From contig CAYZEI010000001.1 of assembly GCA_964477745.1 (NCBI GenBank), positions 393 to 64,392 on the forward strand: DNA of 64,000 nucleotides, given 5' to 3'. The notes under the pieces are model-generated. The model made no database searches, was not told where the DNA came from, and saw nothing but the letters and a program-made list of their open reading frames with translations. The stretch is from an uncultured Candidatus Saccharibacteria bacterium (lineage in GTDB: Bacteria; Patescibacteriota; Doudnabacteria; UBA920). A program made the translations under genes and the position numbers. Of this stretch, positions 9,893 through 19,681 are shown in pieces (within the stretch, counting starts at the first letter, position 1; every line of letters starts with the position of its first letter).

Positions 9893-11353
9893 TCACAAAG
9901 CGGTGCGGTGTTCAACTGCTTCATGGATACGGTTATTCCAGTGATAAATTATAAGATACAAACCTAAAACTGCTCCCATAAGTAGCCAAAATCCGGCCGT
10001 AGACAAATGGAAATTTAAACTGCTAAATGGCAAGCGCGCAAACCATTCGGTAACTTTTAAAATATACTCCAACAGTAAATTCCCTATAAATGCAAACCCC
10101 GGACCCATGCCGGGCAATAAACTTAAAAACCCAAACAGCATTGTGGCCGGAACAACCGGCAAAACTAATATGTTCACCGGCAGAGCCGACAAACTTAAGC
10201 GTTCAAAATTATACAACACCAAAGGCAGTGTGGCGAAAGTTGCCGACAAGGTGGTCAGTAAAATTGTTTTAGCTCCCCATAATTCCGGCCACCTTCCTGT
10301 GGCTCTATTCAATTCCGGCATAAAATAAATTATTCCCAAAGTTGCGGCAAATGACAACTGGAACCCAATGTCCCAAAACAATATTTTTGGGTTTAGAAGC
10401 ATCATTACCCCGCCGGCAAAAAATAGCGCCGGACCTACGGAATACTGCCTGCCGATATTGGAAGAAACCAAAAGCAAAAATCCCATCACGGCCGCGCGAA
10501 TAACCGAAGCTGAAGCACCGGTAATTAACACAAAAGCAATAATTATTGCGCCGGTAAACCAAAAACTAAATCGCCTGCCCAAAAAACGTGACAATACCGC
10601 CAGGGCCATTATCATAATGGTAATATTATATCCGGATACGGCAATAATATGAGAGGTGCCGGTAATATTAAAATTTTCTATAACCTTAGCCGGCAAAGTT
10701 TTTTTTGCCCCAATTAAAATCCCGAGCAATAAACTGTTTTGTGGCTCGGCATAAACTTGCGCTAAACGTTTAACTAGTGCCGTTTTCACTTTAAACAAAT
10801 TTTCAATAACTGGATTAAGCTGATGACTCTTTAATATAAATACTTTCGGATAAGACATTTGTGCGTAAACATTATGACGCTCCAAATAACCTTTGTAGTC
10901 AAAGTCTTCAAAACTTTTTGGCTCCATTATTTTTCCTTCGGCTAGAATTTTGTCCCCGTAAAAAAATTCTTGTACTAATGAGGTGGTAATTAAAATTCGT
11001 TGGGTTTCCCCATAGGGCAAAAAATACAACAGTTGACGATTCTCCCGGATATCCGGCTCTTGCACAATAAACCCCTCAAGCTTTTGCTTTTGTCCAAACA
11101 ACTCGGAATATTGACTACCTACAGAAACAATTTGCAACCGCAAAACCCCCAGGCCTAAAGTAAATAAAAACAGCGCTAAAATTGCGCCGGTTTGATAACT
11201 CTTTAAATAACAAAATACAAATATTGCAATTACTAAGGCCAGATAAAAATAAACCTGCTCCCGCTCAATTAACAAGGCCGAAGCCGTCAGCACCCCAACG
11301 GCAAAACTAATTACTAACCCAATAAATACGCGAGACTTAGACATCGATTTCAA
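9893..11353 (-). CDS. comEC: ComEC/Rec2-family DNA-uptake channel protein (DUF4131 + competence domain, no metallo-beta-lactamase domain)
   Basis: Polytopic membrane protein. ITGTSHIIAVSGYNITIM...ASVIRAAVMGF...DIGFQLSFAAT matches the ComEC competence domain. Confidence 0.75.
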   Translation of the reverse strand: MKSMSKSRVFIGLVISFAVGVLTASALLIEREQVYFYLALVIAIFVFCYLKSYQTGAILALFLFTLGLGVLRLQIVSVGSQYSELFGQKQKLEGFIVQEPDIRENRQLLYFLPYGETQRILITTSLVQEFFYGDKILAEGKIMEPKSFEDFDYKGYLERHNVYAQMSYPKVFILKSHQLNPVIENLFKVKTALVKRLAQVYAEPQNSLLLGILIGAKKTLPAKVIENFNITGTSHIIAVSGYNITIMIMALAVLSRFLGRRFSFWFTGAIIIAFVLITGASASVIRAAVMGFLLLVSSNIGRQYSVGPALFFAGGVMMLLNPKILFWDIGFQLSFAATLGIIYFMPELNRATGRWPELWGAKTILLTTLSATFATLPLVLYNFERLSLSALPVNILVLPVVPATMLFGFLSLLPGMGPGFAFIGNLLLEYILKVTEWFARLPFSSLNFHLSTAGFWLLMGAVLGLYLIIYHWNNRIHEAVEHRTAL

Positions 11354-11558
11354 AAACTTTTATTTTTGATTTCTCTCCCCGCAATAATTGTACTCTGGAT
11401 TTGCTGACTTTAAAATGCTTAGCCAGCGCCTCTATAACAGCTTTGTTAGCCTTGCCTTCCAATGGGGGCTGGTTAACGTAAATATGCAGGCTACCTAGCA
11501 GATCTTTATCTATACGGGGCTTCTTGCTGTTTGGGTGGACAAATACGGTCGCTCTCAT
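11337..11558 (-). CDS. DUF167 / YggU-family small protein
   Basis: 73 aa with PLEGKANKAVIEALAKHFKVSKSRVQLLRGEKSKIKVFEI, the characteristic YggU pattern. Overlaps its neighbours by a few bases (operon). Confidence 0.7.
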   Translation of the reverse strand: MRATVFVHPNSKKPRIDKDLLGSLHIYVNQPPLEGKANKAVIEALAKHFKVSKSRVQLLRGEKSKIKVFEIDV

Positions 11559-11983
11559 AATTTTCCTTTATATTTCTCTAAAAAAATCGCCAGTTGAGAA
11601 TGCGCTGGAGTCGGCAAATTGGATAAGGTAAACCATCCAACTTTATCAAATTTATCCGGTTCGCCATTTTTGGCCTTGCTTGGATCCACTAAAACTTTAA
11701 AATCTAAAGCAATCCAATGAACCATCTGCCCGTTTTGTTCCCTAAAAACATCGCGATAACCTAAAAGTTCAAAATCTAAAACCTCACAACCATATTCTTC
11801 TTTAATTTCTTTTTTCAAAGTAATTTCCGCGGTGTCACCGAACTCAATTCCCCCGGCGCCAATATCCCACGCGCCATGCTCGTCCCGCGCGTGCTTACTT
11901 CTTTGATGCATTAAAAAATTCCCTTTGCCATCGTGGCAAAAGTAAACTACGCTGTTTCCAATAAAATCTATGCCTTTTTGCAT
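11555..11983 (-). CDS. NUDIX hydrolase
   Basis: Nudix box GGIEFGDTAEITLKKEIKEEYG (Gx5Ex7REuxEExGu). Confidence 0.75.
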   Translation of the reverse strand: MQKGIDFIGNSVVYFCHDGKGNFLMHQRSKHARDEHGAWDIGAGGIEFGDTAEITLKKEIKEEYGCEVLDFELLGYRDVFREQNGQMVHWIALDFKVLVDPSKAKNGEPDKFDKVGWFTLSNLPTPAHSQLAIFLEKYKGKL

Positions 11984-11991
11984 GGGCAGAT

Positions 11992-12504
11992 TTAAGATTT
12001 AGGATGTAATATGTAAGATTTAAATCCAGCGAAATTCTTAGCAATGGCTAAAGCTCCAAACAAGGCAACGGCGTAGCCTACATCCCCTACTATGGTACCG
12101 CGCAGGAAAGGGAGGCCGTTAGCGTAGGCTAACATAATGCCGGCAAAATTATGTGGGTACTCGGCGTAAAGGTAGGCGAAGTTCGTAACCAAAAAAAATA
12201 ACACTGATGTGGACAAGGAAGAAAAAATAATTTTCGCCCAACGGTTATTTGAAGTATGCTTAATCCATAAGCCAAATAAAATCCCAGCTAGGTGGGAAGC
12301 GTAGACCGCCAGCATTAACGGCCAGGCAAAAAAACCTAAAAATATATCGCTCACAAACCGTGCGGCTAAAGTAATCCCAACTGACTTTTTCCAATCCAAA
12401 TTAACAGCAGAAAACATTGCCAGCGCGGTAATTAGCCCCACATTTGGCATATGAGGTATGAAGCGAGAAATTATTGCTAATACAACTATTGCATAAATTA
12501 ACAT
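11992..12504 (-). CDS. Small polytopic membrane protein (about 5-6 TM). Possible ECF-type substrate-capture (S-component-like) transporter; speculatively linked to B12 uptake.
   Basis: 170 aa, almost entirely hydrophobic helices. Lies beside the DUF4430-like lipoprotein and cobO. Confidence 0.5.
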   Translation of the reverse strand: MLIYAIVVLAIISRFIPHMPNVGLITALAMFSAVNLDWKKSVGITLAARFVSDIFLGFFAWPLMLAVYASHLAGILFGLWIKHTSNNRWAKIIFSSLSTSVLFFLVTNFAYLYAEYPHNFAGIMLAYANGLPFLRGTIVGDVGYAVALFGALAIAKNFAGFKSYILHPKS

Positions 12505-12639
12505 AAAACTATTCGGTAATTTTAATTCTTAAAATCCAAAACCCAAATTACAAATGCCAAATAAAATCCTAATGTCCAATTTCAAAACCCCAAACTTTTA
12601 TATCCATTTAGAATTTAGATTTTACTAAGACAGACGGAG

Positions 12640-13104
12640 CTACTGAATAGCATCCAGCTTCCACTCTAACACATCCGAGTCTTTGGTAACATAGCTTCCG
12701 GCGCCGACACTAGCGGATTTACCGTTAATAAAAAATTTCCAAAAATGTTTGGTATCCGGCTTAATCCCATTTATACTTTCCACAAATTCTCCGGCCGAAC
12801 CATAACTTTTTGTTTCCACTGTATATTTGGCCTTTAAAAGTTCCAACGCGTTTTTGCCTTCTTGGCCGTTATATTTAATAGCCGTTTCAACCGGCTTAGC
12901 TTCCACTGTTTTCTCTTTTACCTCTACTTGCGTCTTCGGTTTACTACTTTCTGTTTTACTAGCTGACTCAGCTGACTGCTTACTCGCTTGTTCCAAATTT
13001 GTATCATTCGTCCCCGCATCCCTAACCGGTTCAGTCTTATTACATCCTGCCGCTAAAAATACGACAGCCAAGGCGATTAATATAATTTTTTTATAATTTT
13101 TCAT
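12640..13104 (-). CDS. Lipoprotein with DUF4430-like C-terminal domain (candidate surface cobalamin-binding protein)
   Basis: Lipoprotein signal MKNYKKIILIALAVVFLAAGC. C-terminal ...GEFVESINGIKPDTKHFWKFFINGKSASVGAGSYVTKDSDVLEWKLD resembles the DUF4430 pattern (SING....YW.Y.VNG....GA....L.DGD.I.W.Y). Confidence 0.55.
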   Translation of the reverse strand: MKNYKKIILIALAVVFLAAGCNKTEPVRDAGTNDTNLEQASKQSAESASKTESSKPKTQVEVKEKTVEAKPVETAIKYNGQEGKNALELLKAKYTVETKSYGSAGEFVESINGIKPDTKHFWKFFINGKSASVGAGSYVTKDSDVLEWKLDAIQ

Positions 13105-13136
13105 ATCTTATATCTTACATGCTAAATGTTAAATTC

Positions 13137-13880
13137 TCAATAGTCTATCCCCTTTTGCGCCAAAATGCCTTTGTAATATGGATGCTGGATCATTTTCATT
13201 TCCGTAACCAGATCGCACTGTTTTAAAATTTTCGGGTAATGATTATGTCCGGTAATTACCAAATGTTGGAGCGGGGCTTTTAACTTAATTAAATCCAAAA
13301 TATCCCGCTCTTCCAATATCCCGACCTCAAGCGCGGAAATGATTTCATCTAAAATTACCAAATCGTATTCGCCGGACAAAATTATTTCCCGGGCGCGCTC
13401 CACGCCTTTAAGTGCGGCACGAATATGAATATCTTTTTCTTTTTGGTCGCCCAAGATCCCGACAAAGCCAAGGCCAACCTGTTCGTTATCAATACGACCT
13501 ATGGGACTCTTATAAGACACATTATTAAAAAAATCAATTTCACTGGAAACCGGCCACTCACCCTCGGTAATTTTTTCCGCTGATTTATTGGCCGCTTTGA
13601 CAAACTGTAAAATAAAAACACTCTTGCCGTCCCCGGCTGCCCGCACCGCCATACCCATAGCGGCCGTGGTTTTGCCTTTGCCCGCGCCAATATAACAAAT
13701 CACCAAGCCCTTTGGCTGGTCGGAAAACTTAGTGGGGATTTTAAGTTTTTTCTTTTTTTCAGTCATGGTGATCTTACCATCCCGAGTGCATCCGAGGGAT
13801 CCCTTTCTTTCTGTAATTAAGGGGCTCTTCGCTTCGCTCTCAGTGGCATTTTTTAAGCGGCCGGCTGTTAAGCCGGCCAC
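13137..13880 (-). CDS. cobO: Cob(I)alamin adenosyltransferase (CobO/BtuR/CobA family). The true start is probably the internal ATG at 13766.
   Basis: P-loop GAGKGKTTAAMG, VILDE, ITGHNHYPKILKQCDLVTEMKMIQHPYYKGILAQKGIDY (C-terminal GIDY as in BtuR). The N-terminal 38 residues of the annotated ORF look like an over-extension. Confidence 0.8.
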   Translation of the reverse strand: MAGLTAGRLKNATESEAKSPLITERKGSLGCTRDGKITMTEKKKKLKIPTKFSDQPKGLVICYIGAGKGKTTAAMGMAVRAAGDGKSVFILQFVKAANKSAEKITEGEWPVSSEIDFFNNVSYKSPIGRIDNEQVGLGFVGILGDQKEKDIHIRAALKGVERAREIILSGEYDLVILDEIISALEVGILEERDILDLIKLKAPLQHLVITGHNHYPKILKQCDLVTEMKMIQHPYYKGILAQKGIDY

Positions 13881-13895
13881 ATAATTTAAAAAAAA

Positions 13896-14315
13896 TTACT
13901 TTATTTTTGATTTTAAATCATCACGGTCAACTTCTGAAAGGAGTACAAATATACTTTCTCTTTTTCCACCTGGTGTTTCAAAACTTAATACTACTTGTTT
14001 ATAACCACTAGGCATCAATTCTCTTCTTTGTGCAATATTGTCGGCATAATTGACTTCCACATCTTGAGGTCTGGTAAAACTTTTATTTACTATCATTTCC
14101 CAATGAGCGTTGGTCATCATTCCGTCATACCCTAAGCCACCCAAATCAACATGAACAAAATGTATATCATCTGGCTTTTGCTCGTCCCGAAAAGCAACTG
14201 GCTTATTCTGAGGAGCCTGTTCCACATTTAAGGTAACTTGCTTCAAAATTCCTTTAAAATCTTTACCTTCGCGCATCTCTTTAGAACCAAAAGGGTTTTT
14301 ATATTTATCAGCCAT
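13896..14315 (-). CDS. Hypothetical protein (139 aa) between cobO and nrdJ
   Basis: ORF in operon context. No motif recognised. Confidence 0.4.
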   Translation of the reverse strand: MADKYKNPFGSKEMREGKDFKGILKQVTLNVEQAPQNKPVAFRDEQKPDDIHFVHVDLGGLGYDGMMTNAHWEMIVNKSFTRPQDVEVNYADNIAQRRELMPSGYKQVVLSFETPGGKRESIFVLLSEVDRDDLKSKIK

Positions 14316-14478
14316 AAATATTATTAATTCTTAATATCTTTTTAACTTTATTTCTGGATCCCGGCTCTTTAGATGCTACTGCGACCGGGATGGACACACT
14401 TGGATTTGTAGTCATTCGTAGTGCCCCTAATTCGTTGCTTCGTAGTGATTCGCAGATTAGTCCCATTCATAAATTCGA

Positions 14479-17154
14479 TTATCCACATTTTGAGTAGCCA
14501 CAAGACTCGCATTTCTGACAACCTTCGGCAAACACCAACATATTAGCACAAGAAGGACAAACCGGGGCGTTGCCAAGGTTGGCAATGGAAACTTTTTGCG
14601 TTTTTTTGTAAGTTAATGTGCCGTTAGTTTTTATTTTTTCTTCGGACACGGTTTCTACAATTTTTTCTTCCATTTTAATATCGGTCTCTGTTGTCATTTG
14701 CGCATCGGCTTTGGCTCCCATCCCAGGAAAATCCAAAGTCATTTGTTTGTCCGCACGCTTAATGTGTTTATCTAAAACTTTAGCCACGGCATCCGGCAAA
14801 CTAAATATTACTCCACCGTCCGAGAAAGACACATCAGGCCCACGAATGCCTTTAATCTGCGCAATAATTTCTTCAATAGCCACATTGGAACGCAAAGCCA
14901 AAGAAATTAAACGAGTAATGGCTTCAGTTTGAGCACTGAAGAATCCGCCGGCCTTACCCATTTGGGCAAACACTTCAAACGGCCCTTGGCTGTCTTCATT
15001 TACCGTAACATACAAATTGCCGTAAGCAGTGGTCATTTTGTAGGTAATCCCCTGCATTACATCGGGACGAGTACGCGGAGCAATTTTAATTTGCACTTTA
15101 TCACCTGACACGGACATAACCTCTTTAGGCTGAGATGATTCCTGCAAAGCCACAATTCCGGCGGCCGCATCTTGCTTGGCCTGAACCTGGTCGGAAGCGT
15201 CCTTGCCCAATTTTTTATGATCTGTGGCTAAAATTTGTTCGTCTCTGCTACCGTCACGATAAATGGTTCCACCTTTGCAACCAAGATCATACATTAAAGT
15301 ATAAAGCTCCTTGGTCTGTTCAACTGTATAGTTTTGGGGCGCGTTGCAGGTTTTAGAAATTGCGGAATCAGTCCAGCGCTGCACCGCGGCCTGTACCTTT
15401 ACGTGTTCTTCCGGAGCCAAAGACATGGCAGTGGCAAAATAATCCGGCAAATCTTGACCCGGGTGTTTGTCCAGCCAGTCCTGAGCCAATTTGATTTTTT
15501 CTTCGTGCACTCCAAGACGGGATTTTCTGAAATATGTCCAAGAGAAAAACGGTTCAATCCCGGTGGAAGTTCCCACCATAGTTCCGACAGTTCCGGTTGG
15601 TGCCTGAGTCATAATCGTGACATTGCGAATACCGTATTTGGAAACCAAATCCCGAATATAGTTCGGCATTTTTTTCATAAACCCGCTTTGTAAAAACTTT
15701 TCCGCGTCAAATTTTTCAAACGCGCCTTTTTCTCTGGCCAATTCAATCGAAGTTTCGTACGCAGTTACGGCAATAAATTGATACAGTTTGTCGATAAAAT
15801 CCACAGCCTCGGCACTGCCGTATTTTATTCCTTTGTAAATCATCATCTCGGCTAAACCAATAGTGCCCATACCGACACGGCGCTCGGACATTTGCTGATT
15901 TTTATTTTCATCAAAGAAATATGGCGTGGCATCTATAACATTGTCTTGAAACCGCACGGCATACTGCACGGTAGATTTAAGTTCGTTCCACATTATTTCC
16001 CCGGTATCTTTGTTTATGTGCTTGGACAAATTCACATGACCCAAATTACATACGCCCCAGGCCGGCAGTGGTTGTTCACCACACGGGTTGGTACAAGGCA
16101 AATCCGCATAGTACCAAGAGTTGGAATAATAGTTGGCGCGGTCAATAAAATACATTCCCGGTTCCGCACTGCTCCAAGCCGAAGAAATAATGTTGTCCCA
16201 AATATCCTGGGCGCGCACGGTTTTGTGCTTAATAACTTTTCCGCCAAGTTCGCGCCACTTGTTCATGTTGCCGTCCCATTTCTCGGCATAAAGCGGATCG
16301 GATGTATCCGGGAACACCAAGTCCCACGGCTTGTCTTGTTTGACCGCTTCCATAAAGTCGTCGGTGATGCCTACGGAAATGTTGGCGTTGGTAATTTTGC
16401 CGGCTTCTTTTTTGGAATTTATAAAATCTATTACGTCCGGATGCCAGACATTTAAAATTAACATTAACGCGCCACGCCTGGAACCGCCTTGCTCAATTAG
16501 GCCTGTGACAAAACTATAGAGTGATGCCCAAGACACACTACCACTGGACCTGCCGTTTACCCCTTTAACATACGCGTAGCGCGGACGCAAAGAAGACACA
16601 TTAATTCCCACCCCGCCGCCGCGAGACATAATCTCCGCCATTTGGCCGAGGGTGTTAAAAATTCCATGACGACTGTCTTTGGGTGAAGGCACCACGTAGC
16701 AATTATAAAAAGTTAAATTCTGGCCGGTGCCCGCGCCGGTAAAAATTCTGCCGGCCGGTACATACTTCCAATCGTCCATCAGTTTTCTGAACTTGCCTTC
16801 CCATTCGGTTTTCTTTTCCGCGGTTTTTTCCACGCTGGCAATATGTTTGGCAATCCGGTCAAACATATCTTCCGGGACTAACTCAAGAGGCTTGTCCACG
16901 TGCTCAATGGTGCGGTATTCAATTTCTCCGCCACGCATGCGCACGCTGACTTCGCGAGTTTCGCGATTCACATTCTCTATGGTGCCGATTTCGCGTTGGC
17001 CGGTTTTTGGGTTAACCAAAACCACCACGGTGTCCCCCACCGTTAAAGTTTCGCGCTTTACGTCTTTAACCGCGTAACGGTCTAAGAAGATTTTTTCGCC
17101 GAGCTCAGATAGCCCGTTTACTGCCCTGGTTTGTAAGTTGACTTTGGATTGCAT
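14479..17154 (-). CDS. nrdJ: Class II (adenosylcobalamin-dependent) ribonucleotide reductase
   Basis: NPCGEQPLPAWGVCNLGHVNL active-site motif and an 891-aa RNR-like layout. C-terminal Cys4 zinc ribbon CPSC...CQKCESCG. Confidence 0.9.
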   Translation of the reverse strand: MQSKVNLQTRAVNGLSELGEKIFLDRYAVKDVKRETLTVGDTVVVLVNPKTGQREIGTIENVNRETREVSVRMRGGEIEYRTIEHVDKPLELVPEDMFDRIAKHIASVEKTAEKKTEWEGKFRKLMDDWKYVPAGRIFTGAGTGQNLTFYNCYVVPSPKDSRHGIFNTLGQMAEIMSRGGGVGINVSSLRPRYAYVKGVNGRSSGSVSWASLYSFVTGLIEQGGSRRGALMLILNVWHPDVIDFINSKKEAGKITNANISVGITDDFMEAVKQDKPWDLVFPDTSDPLYAEKWDGNMNKWRELGGKVIKHKTVRAQDIWDNIISSAWSSAEPGMYFIDRANYYSNSWYYADLPCTNPCGEQPLPAWGVCNLGHVNLSKHINKDTGEIMWNELKSTVQYAVRFQDNVIDATPYFFDENKNQQMSERRVGMGTIGLAEMMIYKGIKYGSAEAVDFIDKLYQFIAVTAYETSIELAREKGAFEKFDAEKFLQSGFMKKMPNYIRDLVSKYGIRNVTIMTQAPTGTVGTMVGTSTGIEPFFSWTYFRKSRLGVHEEKIKLAQDWLDKHPGQDLPDYFATAMSLAPEEHVKVQAAVQRWTDSAISKTCNAPQNYTVEQTKELYTLMYDLGCKGGTIYRDGSRDEQILATDHKKLGKDASDQVQAKQDAAAGIVALQESSQPKEVMSVSGDKVQIKIAPRTRPDVMQGITYKMTTAYGNLYVTVNEDSQGPFEVFAQMGKAGGFFSAQTEAITRLISLALRSNVAIEEIIAQIKGIRGPDVSFSDGGVIFSLPDAVAKVLDKHIKRADKQMTLDFPGMGAKADAQMTTETDIKMEEKIVETVSEEKIKTNGTLTYKKTQKVSIANLGNAPVCPSCANMLVFAEGCQKCESCGYSKCG

Positions 17155-17286
17155 AAATTAATTGTCCATAATTGATCAAAATTGACCATGACTGATCAGA
17201 ATTTTGTTTCAACCTTAATTGATATTATTGTTTCGTATGTTCGCCTGCCTGCCGGTAGGCAGGTATGAATTCGTACTTCGTAAAAT

Positions 17287-17733
17287 CTATAACTTCTTCA
17301 ACTCTTCTTTAAACTCGTCCACATCTTCAAACTGTCTGTATACTGCCGCGAACCTGACATATGCTACCTTGTCTGCTTTCTTTAAAGTCTTCATCACTAT
17401 CTCACCAATTTCCGAACTCTTAATTTCTCCGTCCTTAGCTTTACGCTGAATGTCTATTTCTATAGAGGAAAGGAGTTTCCGTCGCTTGTCATCAGTGCAG
17501 GGGCGTTTGTCTAATGGCAGGCGTAAAGCTCGTTCCAGCTTTTCTTTAGAGAATGTTTGCTTACTACCATCCTTTTTAACTACCGACAATCCTAGAATTT
17601 CTATTTCCTCGTAAGTACTAAAGCGGAACTCGCATTTTTCACATTCCCTCCGCCTACGAATCGCATCCCCCTCTTCTACCGGTCGACTGTCTAACACTTT
17701 AGTATCTTCAAACTGGCAATTGGGACAACGCAT
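17287..17733 (-). CDS. nrdR: Transcriptional repressor NrdR
   Basis: MRCPNCQFEDTKVLDSRPVEEGDAIRRRRECEKCEFRFSTYE (zinc ribbon) plus an ATP-cone (KVAYVRFAAVYRQFEDVDEF). Matches NrdR near-colinearly. Confidence 0.9.
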   Translation of the reverse strand: MRCPNCQFEDTKVLDSRPVEEGDAIRRRRECEKCEFRFSTYEEIEILGLSVVKKDGSKQTFSKEKLERALRLPLDKRPCTDDKRRKLLSSIEIDIQRKAKDGEIKSSEIGEIVMKTLKKADKVAYVRFAAVYRQFEDVDEFKEELKKL

Positions 17734-17977
17734 TTTATTTAGAGATTTAGTTGGTTAGAGAATTAGATGGAGTAGTAAGTTGACCAGTATAATGTACTTT
17801 TAATTTAGTATGATAATGGCTAATTAACTGTTGATTTTTCGGTTTTTGAGGGCATTTAATACGACTTGTGTGGCAAGCCCTTACATTTAACCTATTTTAA
17901 AGCCTTTGTTTTTTTATCCGTTTCAGCAAAATGGGCTTTTTGTCTTTTGGTCTTGATTTCCTGTTCCAGTGCTACCT

Positions 17978-18022
17978 ACTAGATATAGTATCTCTAGTAA
18001 TAATTGTAATACTACATATAGT
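17978..18022. promoter_or_regulatory. Candidate tandem NrdR boxes (ACTAGATATAGT and ACTACATATAGT, 33 bp apart) in the nrdR-nrdJ upstream region
   Basis: Each is one mismatch from the NrdR-box core ACTATATATAGT as I recall it. A spacing of about three helical turns is typical of NrdR box pairs. They lie in a 700-bp non-coding stretch upstream of nrdR. Confidence 0.45.
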
Positions 18023-18140
18023 TTTTTACAAGGCCTTGAATTTATTAACAATTTAATATAAAAAAATTATGCGACCTGGAGATATCCACAAAAAATAAAT
18101 AAAACATCCCCTTTTCAATATTAAGGATATTGTATCAAAT

Positions 18141-18175
18141 ACAAAAACCCCCGGGGGCACAGCCGGGGGTTTGAA
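18141..18175. terminator. GC-rich hairpin terminator (AAACCCCCGG-loop-CCGGGGGTTT) flanked by A- and T-runs
   Basis: Seen directly. Likely terminates the 18435..18869 transcript on the minus strand. Confidence 0.6.
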
Positions 18176-18434
18176 ATTATATATTTTTGCCTTTCCTGTT
18201 TTCCTTTATTGGGTCTGTTGCCAAATGTCATTTTTGCCCAAAACGAGCTTGCTTGGTAAAATTTCCAAAAAAATTTATCCGCTTACCTTTCAGGTAAACA
18301 TCAAAATTTGTTTTGCAAATTTTCCACAAGCTATCTCATTTTGTATCAAAAAGCCCATTCGTCAATAGACCCCTCCTACAAATTTCTGCCGTCTGGTTAA
18401 TGAACCGAGGGTAAAAGTATGAGGAGCTTAGAGC

Positions 18435-18869
18435 CTACCTATAAAAGATGCTAAACACTCCGTCTGCGGACGGATAGTATTTACTATAAGCGACTGAGTC
18501 GGAGGCACCGGCCACTTGGCCTTGCTCGGCTAGAGCCACTTGAGTGTTAGCTAGTCCCTGCAGGCCTGCAATTTTTAAGAGGGACGGGCCAGCCTCTTGT
18601 CCAATATACGATGCAGTGTCTGCATAGTATGCGTAGTCTTGTTGAGCCGGAGTGATTAAGTTTGTATATACAAACTCAGAATACACACTGGCCGTGGTGT
18701 CTAACACAGCGACTACGTTTGTCGGGGCAAAGACATCCGGAAACGGGTTTTCTATTCTTTCAAAGCTGGCGTTACTAACAGTAACGGCGAAAAGAAAGAA
18801 CATGGAAGTAAACGCTACTCCCAAAAGCCCTAATATTTTTTCCGGGGTTTCTTCGGTAATGATTTTCAT
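18435..18869 (-). CDS. Hypothetical membrane-anchored/secreted protein (144 aa)
   Basis: N-terminal hydrophobic helix, then an Ala/Tyr-rich domain. No family recognised. Confidence 0.45.
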   Translation of the reverse strand: MKIITEETPEKILGLLGVAFTSMFFLFAVTVSNASFERIENPFPDVFAPTNVVAVLDTTASVYSEFVYTNLITPAQQDYAYYADTASYIGQEAGPSLLKIAGLQGLANTQVALAEQGQVAGASDSVAYSKYYPSADGVFSIFYR

Positions 18870-19244
18870 AAATTTTTAAAGTTCAAAAGCTTAAAGTAGA
18901 AACTTACTTGGCTGTTTTACCCTCTCTGCGCCCAGCTATACACGGGACGAGAAGTGATTGCGCACACACTCCTTAACTAAAACAATCAAAGCAATTTAAG
19001 CTTTTCTATATTAATATTATTTAATTGTATTTTTGTTTTGTCCCGATGTCCATTCACAAATTTTGTGGGAATGGCTACCGGAACAGTTTTTGTTTCAATG
19101 AATCCATCCAAATATTATCGGGATGTATTCAATTATGTTTGATTTCTTTTGCTCCACCACCGGCGAAACAAAATCGACCTTAAGAAATCTTTAACTTATA
19201 TATTATAGCACAGCTACAGAAAAAAAGCAAGTCTTAATTTTCGA

Positions 19245-19279
19245 TTTTACGAAGTACGAAGCCATACGAACTTACGAAT
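19245..19279. repeat. Left half (outer + inner arm) of a family-1 hairpin element
   Basis: TTTTACGAAGTACGAAGCCATACGAACTTACGAAT directly abuts the stop codon of the GxxExxY gene. Confidence 0.75.
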
Positions 19280-19681
19280 CTAAGCGCTTACATTTACTAT
19301 GCGCTTATAATGTAATCCGCTTGGACCAAAATACGCCAATATCCCTAACTGCAATTTTTTTGCCACTAAATAATTATAGACCTGATCAATATGAGCTTTG
19401 GAAAATTTATCCCCTCTTTTCAACTCAACTACAACAATATTTTCAACTAAAAAATCAAAATAATTTTTTCCCACAATCTTACCTTCAAACAATATCGGGG
19501 CATACAACTGTTCTGTGTATTTTAAACCCGCCTTAGTCAACCCTACGGCAACAGCTTTTTGGTAAGTCTTTTCATATAATCCATAACCCAAACTTCCGTA
19601 CACATTTAAAAGGACACCAACGATTCTAAAGCATAGTTCGGGATAAATTAAATCCTGTCGCTTTAAAACATTTGGTGTCAT
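19280..19681 (-). CDS. GxxExxY-family protein (PD-(D/E)xK nuclease superfamily), embedded in a family-1 hairpin element
   Basis: LGYGLYEKTYQKA...GL....Q...P...G......D.LVENIVVVELK......H.DQVYNYL....LQLGILAYFG....KRIV matches the GxxExxY consensus I remember. Start and stop codons abut the two halves of the element. Confidence 0.7.
   Translation of the reverse strand: MTPNVLKRQDLIYPELCFRIVGVLLNVYGSLGYGLYEKTYQKAVAVGLTKAGLKYTEQLYAPILFEGKIVGKNYFDFLVENIVVVELKRGDKFSKAHIDQVYNYLVAKKLQLGILAYFGPSGLHYKRIVNVSA

Noticed and set aside
13783-13797. 15-mer CGAGTGCATCCGAGG shared with 43503..43517
   Set aside because: In one case it is inside the N-terminal over-extension of the cobO ORF; in the other it is inside capA coding sequence. 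A single 15-mer match in 64 kb is within chance expectation and there is no flanking similarity.
18171-18368. 65-aa plus-strand ORF in the long nrdR-upstream non-coding region
   Set aside because: No RBS. Odd composition. It lies in a region better explained as regulatory or terminator sequence.
19140-19165. tmRNA 3' end (GCTCCACCA)
   Set aside because: No T-arm (GGTTCGAATCC-like) precedes it and no tRNA-like acceptor pairing partner is present. Probably coincidental.
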